A stretch of 64,000 nt of DNA from Hyphomonadaceae bacterium (GTDB lineage: Bacteria; Pseudomonadota; Alphaproteobacteria; Caulobacterales; Aquidulcibacteraceae). Below are positions 49,904 to 59,508 of this stretch, in pieces; within the stretch, counting starts at the first letter, position 1, and each line of letters begins with the position of its first letter. A program made the position numbers and the translations under genes. Where the stretch lies: positions 19,251-83,250 of the forward strand of contig JAIELK010000026.1 in the NCBI GenBank assembly GCA_019753175.1, given 5' to 3'. The notes beneath the pieces are model-generated. The model was not told where the DNA came from. It saw only the letters and a program-made list of their open reading frames with translations, and did no database searches.

Positions 49904-49961
49904 CTGATTTTTCGGGCTGCGCGCTCGTATGCGCGGCGCCCGCCATGGAAAAATGAGCATG

Positions 49962-50984
49962 ATGTCAATTGAAAAGAACTGGCTGGAACTGATCCGCCCC
50001 AAGAAGCCTGTCATCGAACCCGGCAGCCATGACCCGCAGCGTCGTGCGACCATGGTCGCCGAGCCGCTGGAACGCGGCTTCGGGCTGACTCTCGGCAATG
50101 CGCTGCGGCGCGTCTTGCTGTCGTCCCTCCAGGGGGCGGCGATCACGTCGGTACAGATTGACGGCGTGGTGCACGAGTTCTCGTCAATTCAAGGCGTGCG
50201 CGAAGATGTCACCGACATCGTGCTCAACCTGAAGCAAGTTGCCATCCGCATGCGTGGCGAAGGTCCAAAGCGCGTGATGCTGAAGGCCGACGGGCCGGGC
50301 GAAGTGAAAGCGTCGGCGATCCAAACGGTCTCCGATATGGAGATCCTCAATCCGGAGCACGTGATCTGCACGCTGGACGAGGGTGCTTCCATCCGCATGG
50401 AACTCACCATCGCCACCGGCAAGGGTTATGTGCCGGCCGAACAAAACCGTCCCGACGACGCCCCGATCGGCCTCATCGCGATCGACGCGATCTACTCGCC
50501 GGTGCGCCGCGTCGCCTATCGCGTTGACAATACCCGCGAAGGTCAGGTGCTCGACTACGACAAGCTCATCATCGAGGTGGAAACCAACGGCGCCATCCGT
50601 CCCGAGGACGCGATCGCGTACGCCGCGCGTATTCTACAGGACCAGTTGCAGGTGTTCATTACGTTCGAGGAGCCGAAGCAGAAGAAGGAGGGCATGGACA
50701 AGCCCGACCTGCCGTTCAATCCGGCGCTCCTGAAGAAAGTCGATGAACTCGAGCTTTCGGTACGCTCGGCCAATTGCTTGAAGAACGACAACATCGTTTA
50801 CATCGGCGATCTGATCCAAAAGTCGGAGGCGGAGATGCTCCGGACACCGAATTTCGGCCGCAAATCGCTAAACGAGATCAAGGAAGTGCTGGCCTCGATG
50901 GGCCTTCATCTCGGCATGGCGGTTGAGAATTGGCCGCCGGACAACATCGAAGACCTCGCGAAGAAATACGAAGACCAGATCTGA
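49962..50984 (+). CDS. rpoA: DNA-directed RNA polymerase subunit alpha
   Basis: [19 protein letters not shown]...[14 protein letters not shown]... The C-terminal domain has [23 protein letters not shown]. The start was chosen by N-terminal alignment; the ORF opens at 49929. Confidence 0.95.
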   Translation: MSIEKNWLELIRPKKPVIEPGSHDPQRRATMVAEPLERGFGLTLGNALRRVLLSSLQGAAITSVQIDGVVHEFSSIQGVREDVTDIVLNLKQVAIRMRGEGPKRVMLKADGPGEVKASAIQTVSDMEILNPEHVICTLDEGASIRMELTIATGKGYVPAEQNRPDDAPIGLIAIDAIYSPVRRVAYRVDNTREGQVLDYDKLIIEVETNGAIRPEDAIAYAARILQDQLQVFITFEEPKQKKEGMDKPDLPFNPALLKKVDELELSVRSANCLKNDNIVYIGDLIQKSEAEMLRTPNFGRKSLNEIKEVLASMGLHLGMAVENWPPDNIEDLAKKYEDQI

Positions 50985-50994
50985 GGCAACACCA

Positions 50995-51411
50995 ATGCGC
51001 CACGGCGTCGGACACAAGAAACTCAATCGAACGGCGAGCCATCGCCAGGCCATGTTCGCCAACATGGCTGCTGCGCTGGTGAAGCACGAGCAGATCGTGA
51101 CGACGTTGCCCAAGGCGAAGGCCCTGCGGCCGGTGGTCGAGCGTCTGGTCACGCTGGCCAAGCGCGGCGACCTTGGCGCCCGCCGTTTGGTGATGTCGCG
51201 CATGCGCGACGAAACCCAGACCAAGAAGCTCTTCGAGACGCTAGCGCCGCGCTACAAGGCCCGCGCTGGGGGCTACACGCGGGTGCTCAAGGCAGGGTAT
51301 CGCCACGGCGACAACGCCCCGCTGGCGGTGATCGAGTTTGTTGACCGTGACGAGGAGGCCCGCGGCAAGGACAGCGGCCCACGCCCTGAAGCGATCTATA
51401 CAGACGACTGA
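50995..51411 (+). CDS. rplQ: 50S ribosomal protein L17
   Basis: [42 protein letters not shown]... Confidence 0.96.
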   Translation: MRHGVGHKKLNRTASHRQAMFANMAAALVKHEQIVTTLPKAKALRPVVERLVTLAKRGDLGARRLVMSRMRDETQTKKLFETLAPRYKARAGGYTRVLKAGYRHGDNAPLAVIEFVDRDEEARGKDSGPRPEAIYTDD

Positions 51412-51435
51412 ACGGGGTTCACTGCTAAGCTTTTG

Positions 51436-51467
51436 AACGGGCCGCCTTGTGCGGCCCGTTTGCGTTT
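51436..51467 (+). terminator. rho-independent terminator after rplQ
   Basis: aacgggccgc-cttgt-gcggcccgtt followed by tgcgttt. Confidence 0.7.
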
Positions 51468-51556
51468 GAGCGCTGAGCTCACGCGCCTGTAACCCATCTC
51501 GCCATGTTTCCGCCCAGCGGCTCGGCCAAAGCCGAGTGAGTTGAGCGAGCTGCGGC

Positions 51557-53020
51557 ATGAAGATCACCCGTGACCTGCTGTTGAAGGCGTCTCCATTCGC
51601 GGCGCTGATCGTCGGCTTTGCCGGCGGCGCGCTGGCTGTGGCGCCGATGGCGAACACCGAACGCACGATCTTCCAACCCGAAAAGCAAGAACAGGATCCG
51701 TATCTCCAGCTCGTTCAGGCTGAGCCGCTGGTGAGGGCGGCGCCATCAAGTCGCGGCGAGGTCCAGCTCTCTTATGCGCCGGTTGCGGCCCGCGCGGGAC
51801 CGGCTGTTGTCAACGTTTACGCACAGCGCGTGGTGCGAGCCATGGCGCGTGACCCGTTTTTCGGTCGCTTCAGCGCGCCACGCGTCGAGCAATCGCTGGG
51901 CTCTGGCGTGATCGTCCGCGCCGATGGCGTGATCGTCACCAACAACCACGTGATTGAAGGCGCACAGTCGTTGCGCGTGGTGTTGGCGGACCGGCGCGAG
52001 TTCGACGCCACGCTAATGCTCGCGGATCCGCGTGTCGACCTGGCCGTGCTTCGCATCAATCCCGGCAGTGAGCGTCTACCGACGCTACCCTTCGCCAACA
52101 CCAACGATTTGCAGGTGGGGGATCTTGTTCTGGCGATCGGTAACCCGTTCGGCCTGCAGCAGACTGTTACCAGCGGCATTATTTCAGCGCTCGCGCGGAC
52201 CGAAGTCGGCGTAAGCGACTATGCCTTCTTCATCCAGACGGACGCGGCCATTAATCGTGGCAATTCCGGCGGTGCGTTGGTCGACATGTCTGGCGCGTTG
52301 GTGGGCGTCAATACGGCGATTTTCTCGGAGAGCGGCGGCTCCAATGGCATCGGCTTCGCCATTCCCTCCGAAATGGTGCGCCGCGTGGTCGAGTCCGCCG
52401 TGTCGGGTGGCACAACCGTGATCCGCCCGTGGCTCGGTGTAAGAGTCCAGACCGTCAATCAGGAAATCGCAAGCTCGCTTGGTCTGCGCCGCCCAGAGGG
52501 AGTCTTGGTGAACGAGCTTTACCCGCGCGCCGCGGGCGAACGCGCCGGCCTGCGTAATGGTGACGTCATCTTCTCGGTGGCGGGCACGCAAGTGCGCGAC
52601 GAAGCGGGCCTGCGTTACCAGTTCGCGACGCAGCGCCCTGGCGCGCGCGTGCCGCTAGCGATCCGGCGCGACGGTCGTTCCATGACCCTGACCGCCACGG
52701 CCGAGGCGCCCCCTGGCGGTGCGCCCGAGGCGCGCGAGCTTACCGGCCGCCACCCCCTGTCAGGCGCTCGCGTGGTGACGTTGACGCCCGCCACCGCTGA
52801 GCAGGCCGGGCTCGATCCCTTCGCCACCGGTGTGTTCATCCAGGCGCTTGATCGCGGCGGCGTTGCCGCGCGCATTGGGTTCCGCCCGGGCGACATCATC
52901 GACGCCATCAACGGCCAGCCCGTGCGCGACGCCGCACAGCTGGACCGCGCGCTTGCCCAGGCGCGCAGCTGGGTGATTGGCGTCGAACGCAACGGCCAGC
53001 GCGCCGAGATCAGGTTCTAA
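51557..53020 (+). CDS. degP: DegP/HtrA (Do-family) periplasmic serine protease with two PDZ domains
   Basis: 487 aa with an N-terminal anchor. The catalytic blocks are TNNHVI, DLAVLRI and INRGNSGGALV. Two PDZ-like regions are present. Confidence 0.9.
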   Translation: MKITRDLLLKASPFAALIVGFAGGALAVAPMANTERTIFQPEKQEQDPYLQLVQAEPLVRAAPSSRGEVQLSYAPVAARAGPAVVNVYAQRVVRAMARDPFFGRFSAPRVEQSLGSGVIVRADGVIVTNNHVIEGAQSLRVVLADRREFDATLMLADPRVDLAVLRINPGSERLPTLPFANTNDLQVGDLVLAIGNPFGLQQTVTSGIISALARTEVGVSDYAFFIQTDAAINRGNSGGALVDMSGALVGVNTAIFSESGGSNGIGFAIPSEMVRRVVESAVSGGTTVIRPWLGVRVQTVNQEIASSLGLRRPEGVLVNELYPRAAGERAGLRNGDVIFSVAGTQVRDEAGLRYQFATQRPGARVPLAIRRDGRSMTLTATAEAPPGGAPEARELTGRHPLSGARVVTLTPATAEQAGLDPFATGVFIQALDRGGVAARIGFRPGDIIDAINGQPVRDAAQLDRALAQARSWVIGVERNGQRAEIRF

Positions 53021-53060
53021 AATCTGGCGGCGCAGGCCGGCGAAGCGCATATTGTCCCGT

Positions 53061-54362
53061 GTGAGCGATTTGTTCGAAGCCGCAGGTTTGAGCCAGGGCG
53101 CGCAAGCGCCGCTAGCCGAGCGGCTGCGGCCGAAGAAGCTCGCCGAGGTGGTCGGTCAAGACCATCTCCTCGCGCCTAATGCTCCGATCGGGCGCATGGT
53201 AGCGCAGAAGCGGCTCGCATCGATAGTGCTGTGGGGGCCGCCCGGTGTCGGCAAGACGACAATCGCCCGCTTGCTTGCCGAGGCGACGGGACACGAGTTC
53301 CAACAGATCAGCGCCGTGTTCTCCGGCGTTGCCGACCTGAAGAAGGCTTTCGAGACAGCACGCGGCCGGCGCATAGCCGGCAAGGCGACGCTGTTGTTCG
53401 TGGATGAAATTCACCGTTTCAATCGTGCGCAACAGGACGGCTTCTTGCCCTATGTCGAACAAGGAATTGTAACGCTGGTTGGGGCGACCACGGAGAACCC
53501 AAGCTTCGAGATCAATGCTGCTTTGTTGTCCCGCTGCCAGGTGTTCGTGCTGAAGCGGCTGGAAGAACCGGCGCTGGAGTCTCTACTGCAGCGCGCCGAG
53601 ACTTTGATAGGCCGCACGCTGCCGCTAAGCGCTGACGCCCGTACTGCGCTGTGCAACCTCGCCGACGGCGACGGGCGCTATTTACTCACGCTGGCAGAAG
53701 AGCTTTTCGCGCAGCAGCCGGAAGCTCCGCTCGACGCTCAGGCGCTCGGCGAACTGCTGCAGAAGCGCGCGCCCGCCTACGACAAGGATCGGGAAGAGCA
53801 CTACAATCTGATCTCCGCATTGCACAAGAGCATTCGCGGCTCCGACCCGGACGCCGCGCTCTACTGGCTCGCGCGCATGGTGATCGGCGGCGAAGACTTG
53901 TTGTTTATCGCGCGCCGGATCGTGCGCGCAGCCGCGGAGGATGTCGGCTTGGCTGATCCGACGGCGCTGCTGATCGCCAATGCTGCGAAGGACGCGGTGC
54001 ATTTCATCGGCCCGCCGGAGGCCGAGCTGCACTTGGCGCAGGCGGTGATCCATCTTGCAACCGCGCCCAAGTCGAACGCAGCGTATGTTGCGTGGAAGGC
54101 GGCGAAGCGCGCCGCAGACGAAACCGGGACGCTCGCTCCGCCGCTGCACATTCGCAATGCGCCCACCGCGCTCATGAAGGAATTGGGGTACGGCGCAGGC
54201 TACGCCTATGACCACGATGCGGAGGGGGGATTCTCTGGTCAGACCCATTTCCCAGAAGGCATGGAACGGCGCGTCTTTTATGCGCCTGAGGGCCGCGGTC
54301 GCGAAGCCCAGATCAAGGAACGGCTAGAGCACTGGGCTAAATTGCGGGCGTCGCGACAATGA
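53061..54362 (+). CDS. rarA: replication-associated recombination protein A (AAA+ ATPase RarA/MgsA)
   Basis: GTG start. It has LAERLRPKKLAEVVGQDHLL, the Walker A GPPGVGKTT, the Walker B LLFVDEIHRFN, and HKSIRGSDPDAALYWLARM. Confidence 0.92.
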   Translation: MSDLFEAAGLSQGAQAPLAERLRPKKLAEVVGQDHLLAPNAPIGRMVAQKRLASIVLWGPPGVGKTTIARLLAEATGHEFQQISAVFSGVADLKKAFETARGRRIAGKATLLFVDEIHRFNRAQQDGFLPYVEQGIVTLVGATTENPSFEINAALLSRCQVFVLKRLEEPALESLLQRAETLIGRTLPLSADARTALCNLADGDGRYLLTLAEELFAQQPEAPLDAQALGELLQKRAPAYDKDREEHYNLISALHKSIRGSDPDAALYWLARMVIGGEDLLFIARRIVRAAAEDVGLADPTALLIANAAKDAVHFIGPPEAELHLAQAVIHLATAPKSNAAYVAWKAAKRAADETGTLAPPLHIRNAPTALMKELGYGAGYAYDHDAEGGFSGQTHFPEGMERRVFYAPEGRGREAQIKERLEHWAKLRASRQ

Positions 54363-55093
54363 CTCTGTCGCCTGACGACATTTCCTACACGCGTTCGCTG
54401 CTCCTCTTCGAAGACGCGCATTTGCTTGCGTTCAACAAGCCGTCGGGTCTCGCCGTACAGGGAGGATCAGGTGTGGAGCGTAGCCTCGAGACTCTGCTCG
54501 CTGCCTTCGCCAAGTCGAACGGTAAGCGCCCGCGCCTCGTCCACCGTCTCGATCGCGAGACCTCAGGCGTCATCGTCGCGGCGCGCACCAAACCAGCCGC
54601 GGCATTTCTGTCTGAGGCGTTCGCGAATCGCGCCGTGAAGAAAACCTATCTCGCTATCGTTTGCGGCGAGGCGCCAGAGCCTCCCGAAGGTGAGGTTGAC
54701 GCGCCGCTGAGGAAGGCGTCACGCAAAGGGCTCGACATCATGGAACTTGCACGAGCCGGTGAGGCTGGCGCGCAAAATGCACTAACGCGCTATCGCACAC
54801 TGGCGGCTTCCGGCGGGGCCGCGTTGCTCGAACTCGATCCGGAGACGGGGCGCATGCACCAGTTGCGCGTGCACCTGTCGAGCATCGGCCGCCCCATCGC
54901 CGGCGACGCCAAGTATGGCGGGCTGTTCCGGTTGGGCGGTGTAGAATTGCCTGGCCTCATGCTGCACGCTGCTGTGCTGGAACTGCCGCACCCGGCCGGC
55001 GGAGTACGCAAGTTCCGCGCCCCGCCGCCCGGGTCGTTCATCGAGGCTGCGCGATCGCTTGGACTTGATCGAGCGTTGCCGACTGACTCCTGA
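54359..55093 (+). CDS. RluA-family pseudouridine synthase
   Basis: LLAFNKPSGLAVQGG...LVHRLDRETSGVIVAART...TGRMHQLRVHL. Its ATG overlaps the rarA stop. Confidence 0.88.
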   Translation: MTLSPDDISYTRSLLLFEDAHLLAFNKPSGLAVQGGSGVERSLETLLAAFAKSNGKRPRLVHRLDRETSGVIVAARTKPAAAFLSEAFANRAVKKTYLAIVCGEAPEPPEGEVDAPLRKASRKGLDIMELARAGEAGAQNALTRYRTLAASGGAALLELDPETGRMHQLRVHLSSIGRPIAGDAKYGGLFRLGGVELPGLMLHAAVLELPHPAGGVRKFRAPPPGSFIEAARSLGLDRALPTDS

Positions 55094-55125
55094 TAGATTC
55101 ACGCGCCAGCTGAAGGATTGGCTCC

Positions 55126-55632
55126 ATGAAGACTGTGTTGTTTCCCCTGGTCCTGGCGGCATTGCTTGCGGCCTGCGTCACCAGCCCGCCACCCTATGCG
55201 CCCTCTGCGTCAGTTGACGTCGCCGGTTATTCAGAAACTCGGATCGAATCCAACCGCTACTTCGTCACGTATCGCGCGCCGGGCGGGGCCGATGCCGCGC
55301 TGCTCCAAGATTACGCACTTTTGCGTGCAGCGGACCTAACGCTGCAAAATGACCGCGATTGGTTCTGGGTCGATCGTCGCACAGTTGACGAACAGCCGGC
55401 GTCCCGCGGTCCAAGCGTCGGTGTAGGCGTTGGCGCTGGCTCATGGGGCAGACGCAGCGGCGCCAGCGTCGGGGTGGGCATCAACTTGCCAATAGGGCAA
55501 AGCGGACAGCGGGCCCGCGGGGCGACCCTTGAGGTGCGCCTTGGCGATGGTCCGAAGCCAGAGGCTCCCAACGCCTATGACGCGCGCTCGGTCGCGGCGA
55601 GCCTGCGGGCGCGGCTCAACACACCCCGATGA
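55126..55632 (+). CDS. hypothetical lipoprotein with Gly/Val-rich central segment
   Basis: Lipobox LLAAC. It has NRYFVTYRA and the central segment GPSVGVGVGAGSWGRRSGASVGVGINLPIG. Confidence 0.6.
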   Translation: MKTVLFPLVLAALLAACVTSPPPYAPSASVDVAGYSETRIESNRYFVTYRAPGGADAALLQDYALLRAADLTLQNDRDWFWVDRRTVDEQPASRGPSVGVGVGAGSWGRRSGASVGVGINLPIGQSGQRARGATLEVRLGDGPKPEAPNAYDARSVAASLRARLNTPR

Positions 55633-55855
55633 GGCAAGTGCTGTTGGTTGCGCCCGGCGGCGGCCATGGGGCGTTGGCGCACGATGCCCTGACTGGGAAA
55701 GTGCCGGCGGGCTCACCATTTGCCTGCCTGCGGCCAACGGTTTGCTCCCCCTTGGAACGGGCTATTGGACGGCTTCACCACCTTTTCGACGTTCTCGCTT
55801 GAGACGCTGTGGCTGATGGACTTAAGCCCTGGATGGGGCTGGCGCTAGGACGAGG

Positions 55856-56851
55856 ATGAGGTCGGTCGAGACCATCGAGGTGGCTGAAGACGACGGTGTG
55901 GCGCGGATCGACCGCTGGCTACGCCGGCGCTACCCGCACTTGACGCAAGGCCAGGTGGAAAAGCTGCTGCGCACCGGACAAGTGCGCGTGGATGGCGCGC
56001 GGGTGAAAGCGTCCGATCGTGTCGCGCCTGGCCAGAAAGTGCGGGTCCCGCCCTTGCCTGATGCGGCGCCCAAGCGCGATCCAGGCGCTCTGTCCGTCCG
56101 TGACGAGGCGTTTGTACGAGCTCTCGTGATCCATCGCGACAATGACGTCATCGTGCTTAACAAGCCGCCCGGGCTGGCCGTGCAGGGGGGAGAGAAGACG
56201 ACACGTCATCTCGATGGATTGCTGGAGGGATTGAAGTTCGACGCTGAAAAAAAACCAAAGCTTGTGCACAGGCTCGATCGCGACACGTCCGGCTGTCTTG
56301 TCCTCGCGCGTCATCCGCGGGCGGCGGCCGCGCTTAGTGCAGCGTTTCGCGATCGCGATACTGACAAGATCTATTGGGCAATTGTTGTCGGCAGCCCGCG
56401 CCCGATGGCTGGAGAGATTCGCGGATGGATGCGGAAAGCGCCCGGCGCCCGGGAGGCGGACCGCGAAATGATGCAGCGTTGCGTTCAAAGCGACGAGGGC
56501 GCTGTTCATGCGATTACGCAATACGCCGTGATCTCGGAAGCGGCCGATCGCGCAGCATGGGTCGCGCTGCGCCCCGTCACTGGACGCACGCATCAGTTGC
56601 GCTTTCATATGGCCGAGATTGGCCACGCCATTATTGGCGACCCCAAGTACAAGTGCGATCGGCCTACGCCAAACAACGTCGGTTCGACCCTGCTGTTACA
56701 CGCCCGCGCATTACGCCTGCCGCACCCATCGGGCGGAGAGCTCAAACTCATTGCGCCAACTCCTGAACATATGCGTGCTTCTTTCGACGCTCTGGGATTC
56801 GAAGAACGCGATGCAGGCGATCCGTTCGCAGCGTTCGAGGCTGGCAGGTGA
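55856..56851 (+). CDS. RluC/RluD-type 23S rRNA pseudouridine synthase (S4 domain plus RluA catalytic domain)
   Basis: The S4-like N-terminus is RIDRWLRRRYPHLTQGQVEKLLRTGQVRVDG. The catalytic block is HRLDRDTSGCLVLAR, followed by TGRTHQLRFHM. Confidence 0.88.
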   Translation: MRSVETIEVAEDDGVARIDRWLRRRYPHLTQGQVEKLLRTGQVRVDGARVKASDRVAPGQKVRVPPLPDAAPKRDPGALSVRDEAFVRALVIHRDNDVIVLNKPPGLAVQGGEKTTRHLDGLLEGLKFDAEKKPKLVHRLDRDTSGCLVLARHPRAAAALSAAFRDRDTDKIYWAIVVGSPRPMAGEIRGWMRKAPGAREADREMMQRCVQSDEGAVHAITQYAVISEAADRAAWVALRPVTGRTHQLRFHMAEIGHAIIGDPKYKCDRPTPNNVGSTLLLHARALRLPHPSGGELKLIAPTPEHMRASFDALGFEERDAGDPFAAFEAGR

Positions 56852-58656
56852 CTGCGGGCGCCGAGATCACGGCGATCGTGAATGCCAGTCGCGAACTACT
56901 GGCGCAGGGTGACGCTGAAGGCGCAGAGCGTGTGTTGAAGCCGGTGATCAGCCGCGTCAGCACTGACGGTGCGACGCTGCACCTCATGGGGTTGATCAAG
57001 AAGGCGCAGAACCAAGTCGTTGAGGCTGAACGCTACTTCCGGAAGGCTGTGGCCCACGGTTTGCGCGAGGGGCCTTATTACAACGACCTTGGCGTCGTGT
57101 TGCAAGCGCGCGGCGAGTATGTAGAAGCGGCGCGGGTGTTCCGCGCAGCGATGGCCTTGTTGCCGCAAATCACCACAGTCCGCGCCAATTTGGTGCGTTG
57201 TCTGCTGTCGGCGGGTGACTTAGCGAAGGCCGAGGAAGAGGCGCGCGCGTACCTCGCGATAGAGCCCGGCGCAGAAAGCTGGACATTGCTCTCGCAGGTG
57301 CACCGCGCCCAGGAGCGCCATGACGATGCGCTCGCGGCGGCTGAGGCGGCGCTCAAATACGGTCGCAAGCTGCGCGGGCTGCGATTCAACTACGCCGCAG
57401 CGCTTGACCGGGTCGGTCGCGGCGGAGAAGCGCTGCAGGTGTACGAACAGCTGGCCGCGGATGATCTCGATACGCAGGAGCTGGCGCTTAATTTTGTTCG
57501 CGCGCTTTACGCCGCCGGTCGAAAGACCGATGCGGAAACCGTGGCCGAGCGCGCCGTCCAGCAATGGCCTGGCTCGACCGTGCTGCACGGCGCGCTTGCG
57601 CGAATCCGGTGGCTGCGCGGTGAAGGAGAAGGCTGCGCCGCGGCGATGGAGGCCGAGTTGTTGTGGCGGCGCCCGAGCGACATCGCGCTGCGTATGGCCT
57701 GCGCCGACGCCTTGCATCGGGGCGGGCACATCGAGAAGGCGTTGAAGGCGCTAGAAGAGGCGCTGCGCTACGCGCCTGAAAACCCCGTGGTGATGACAGC
57801 GTACGCCATCATGCTGGATGAACTCGACCGGCCGCGCGATGCGCTTTCGGTCTTACGGCGGGTCGCTGAGCTTGCGCCGACCTCGCGAACCGCCCAACGC
57901 AACATGCTGTCAACTTTGCTGCGCGGCGGCCAACCGGCAGATGCATTGACGATCACCCGAGCCTTACGGGTCGAAGAGCCTGATGAGCAATACTTGATCG
58001 CCTGCGAGACGACGGCGCTCCGGCTCTTGGGCGATCCGGACTATCCGAAGCTCTGTGATTACGATCGGCTGGTGCGGACCTACGACATCCCTGCGCCGCG
58101 CCGACACTTCACCGCGGAGAGTTTCAACGCGTCGCTGACTGAGTTCTTGCGCAACCAACACCGCGTCAATGCTCACCCGCTCGACCAAACTCTGTCGAAC
58201 GGCAGCCAGACCGGGCGCAATCTGCTTCTTGCGCCCGACGTGATCCTGAAGGCCTTCATGGAGGCGATCGATGTCGCCGTCCGCGATTACATTTCGCGAT
58301 TGCCGGGCGATGTTGCCGAACCCTTGGTGCGCCGGCGGGGCAAGCACTATCGCTATGGCGGTCTGTGGTCGGTGCGCTTGATGCGCGATGGGTACAAACC
58401 AAGCCATGTCCACGACCGAGGCTGGATCAGCGCTGTCTACACCGCCGCCGTGCTGCCTGCCGAGCGACCGCGCAATCCGCACAATGGCTGGCTCAAGCTT
58501 GGCGAACCGAACCGACCGCCGCCGCGCTGCGGACCGGAACGCCTGATCGAGCCGAAGGTGGGGCAGCTGGTGCTGTTCCCGTCGTACTTCTGGCAGGGGG
58601 TGGTTCCCTTCGAGGGCGACGAACGTTTGACGGCTGAGCTCATGGTGACGCCGTGA
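56848..58656 (+). CDS. TPR-repeat protein with C-terminal 2OG-Fe(II)-oxygenase-like (2OG-FeII_Oxy_5/TIGR02466-like) domain
   Basis: The N-terminal ~400 aa are TPR-like helical repeats. The C-terminus has HVHDRGWISAVYTAAV...GWLKLGEP...GQLVLFPSYFWQGVVPF. Its GTG overlaps the upstream stop (GTGA), and its stop overlaps the next start. Confidence 0.7.
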   Translation: MTAGAEITAIVNASRELLAQGDAEGAERVLKPVISRVSTDGATLHLMGLIKKAQNQVVEAERYFRKAVAHGLREGPYYNDLGVVLQARGEYVEAARVFRAAMALLPQITTVRANLVRCLLSAGDLAKAEEEARAYLAIEPGAESWTLLSQVHRAQERHDDALAAAEAALKYGRKLRGLRFNYAAALDRVGRGGEALQVYEQLAADDLDTQELALNFVRALYAAGRKTDAETVAERAVQQWPGSTVLHGALARIRWLRGEGEGCAAAMEAELLWRRPSDIALRMACADALHRGGHIEKALKALEEALRYAPENPVVMTAYAIMLDELDRPRDALSVLRRVAELAPTSRTAQRNMLSTLLRGGQPADALTITRALRVEEPDEQYLIACETTALRLLGDPDYPKLCDYDRLVRTYDIPAPRRHFTAESFNASLTEFLRNQHRVNAHPLDQTLSNGSQTGRNLLLAPDVILKAFMEAIDVAVRDYISRLPGDVAEPLVRRRGKHYRYGGLWSVRLMRDGYKPSHVHDRGWISAVYTAAVLPAERPRNPHNGWLKLGEPNRPPPRCGPERLIEPKVGQLVLFPSYFWQGVVPFEGDERLTAELMVTP

Positions 58657-59369
58657 CAATGGGAGAGAACAAGTTGCGGCGCTTCTACAAGGCGGCGCAG
58701 GTGAGCAAGAGTGCGGATGGCTTCGGCGTGCTGCTGGACACGCGCGCGCTGCGCACCCCCGGCGGCGCCGTGTTCTGCGCGCCGACCCAGGCGCTTGCGG
58801 TAGCGGTAGCGCGCGAATGGGACAGCCAGGGCGCTGTGATCGTCCCTGCATCGATGCCGCTGACGCAGATCGCCTTCGCCGCGCTCGACGGCGGCGAAGC
58901 GGCGCGGGCCGAACGCGTCGCCTACGTGGTCAAGTTCGGCGAAACAGACCTCTGCTGTCACCGCGCCGATGCGCCGGCGGCGCTGGCCGCACAACAGACC
59001 GCGACCTGGGACCCGCTGATCGCCTGGGGTGAGGAGGCGCTTGACGTTCGTCTGCCTGTTGTAGCCGGGATCATCGCAGCCAAAGTCCCAGGCGAAGCGC
59101 TAAAGCGCCTGCGCGATCGAGCGTTGGCGCTCGACGATTTCCGGCTGACGGCGCTGGCGCAAGCTACGGGGCTCGCCGGCTCGGCGCTGATCGCGTTTGC
59201 GCTGATTGAGGAACGGTTGGCGGCAGGCCAGGCTTACGTCGCCGCCGCGCTCGACGATCTGTGGAGCCTAGAGCATTGGGGCGAGGACGAGGAGGCGCGC
59301 GCAAGGTTGGAGCGGCTGCGGGGGGATTTGGAGGCGGTGGCGCGGTTCGTGGCGTGCTTGTCAGAGTGA
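58653..59369 (+). CDS. ATP12-family F1-ATPase assembly chaperone
   Basis: RRFYKAAQVSKSADGFGVLLDTRALRTPGG...EWDSQ...MPLTQIAFAALD is typical of ATP12. The start is GTG 58653 or ATG 58659. Confidence 0.78.
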   Translation: MTMGENKLRRFYKAAQVSKSADGFGVLLDTRALRTPGGAVFCAPTQALAVAVAREWDSQGAVIVPASMPLTQIAFAALDGGEAARAERVAYVVKFGETDLCCHRADAPAALAAQQTATWDPLIAWGEEALDVRLPVVAGIIAAKVPGEALKRLRDRALALDDFRLTALAQATGLAGSALIAFALIEERLAAGQAYVAAALDDLWSLEHWGEDEEARARLERLRGDLEAVARFVACLSE

Positions 59370-59382
59370 ACAACATCCGTCA

Positions 59383-59503
59383 TTCCGGGGCTCGCGAAGC
59401 GAGAACCCGGAAACCAGGTGATCGTAGACGCCGCTTGTTTGCTCCTGGGTTCCGGATCGCGCTCCGCGCGTCCGGAATGACGCCCGTGGATGTGTGGAGT
59501 GAA
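59383..59503. repeat. about 120-bp nested inverted-repeat (REP/MITE-like) element of the cgtcattccgg...ccggaatgacg type
   Basis: The outer arms are acatccgtcattccgg / ccggaatgacgcccgtggatgt. The inner arms are cccggaaaccagg / cctgggttccgg. There is also a small hairpin ctcgc-gaa-gcgag. Confidence 0.7.
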
Positions 59504-59508
59504 GTTGA

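Noticed and set aside
48962-49962. The absence of infA and rpmJ between adk and rpsM, and of rpsD between rpsK and rpoA.
   Set aside because: This is the normal arrangement in Alphaproteobacteria, not a deletion specific to this genome.
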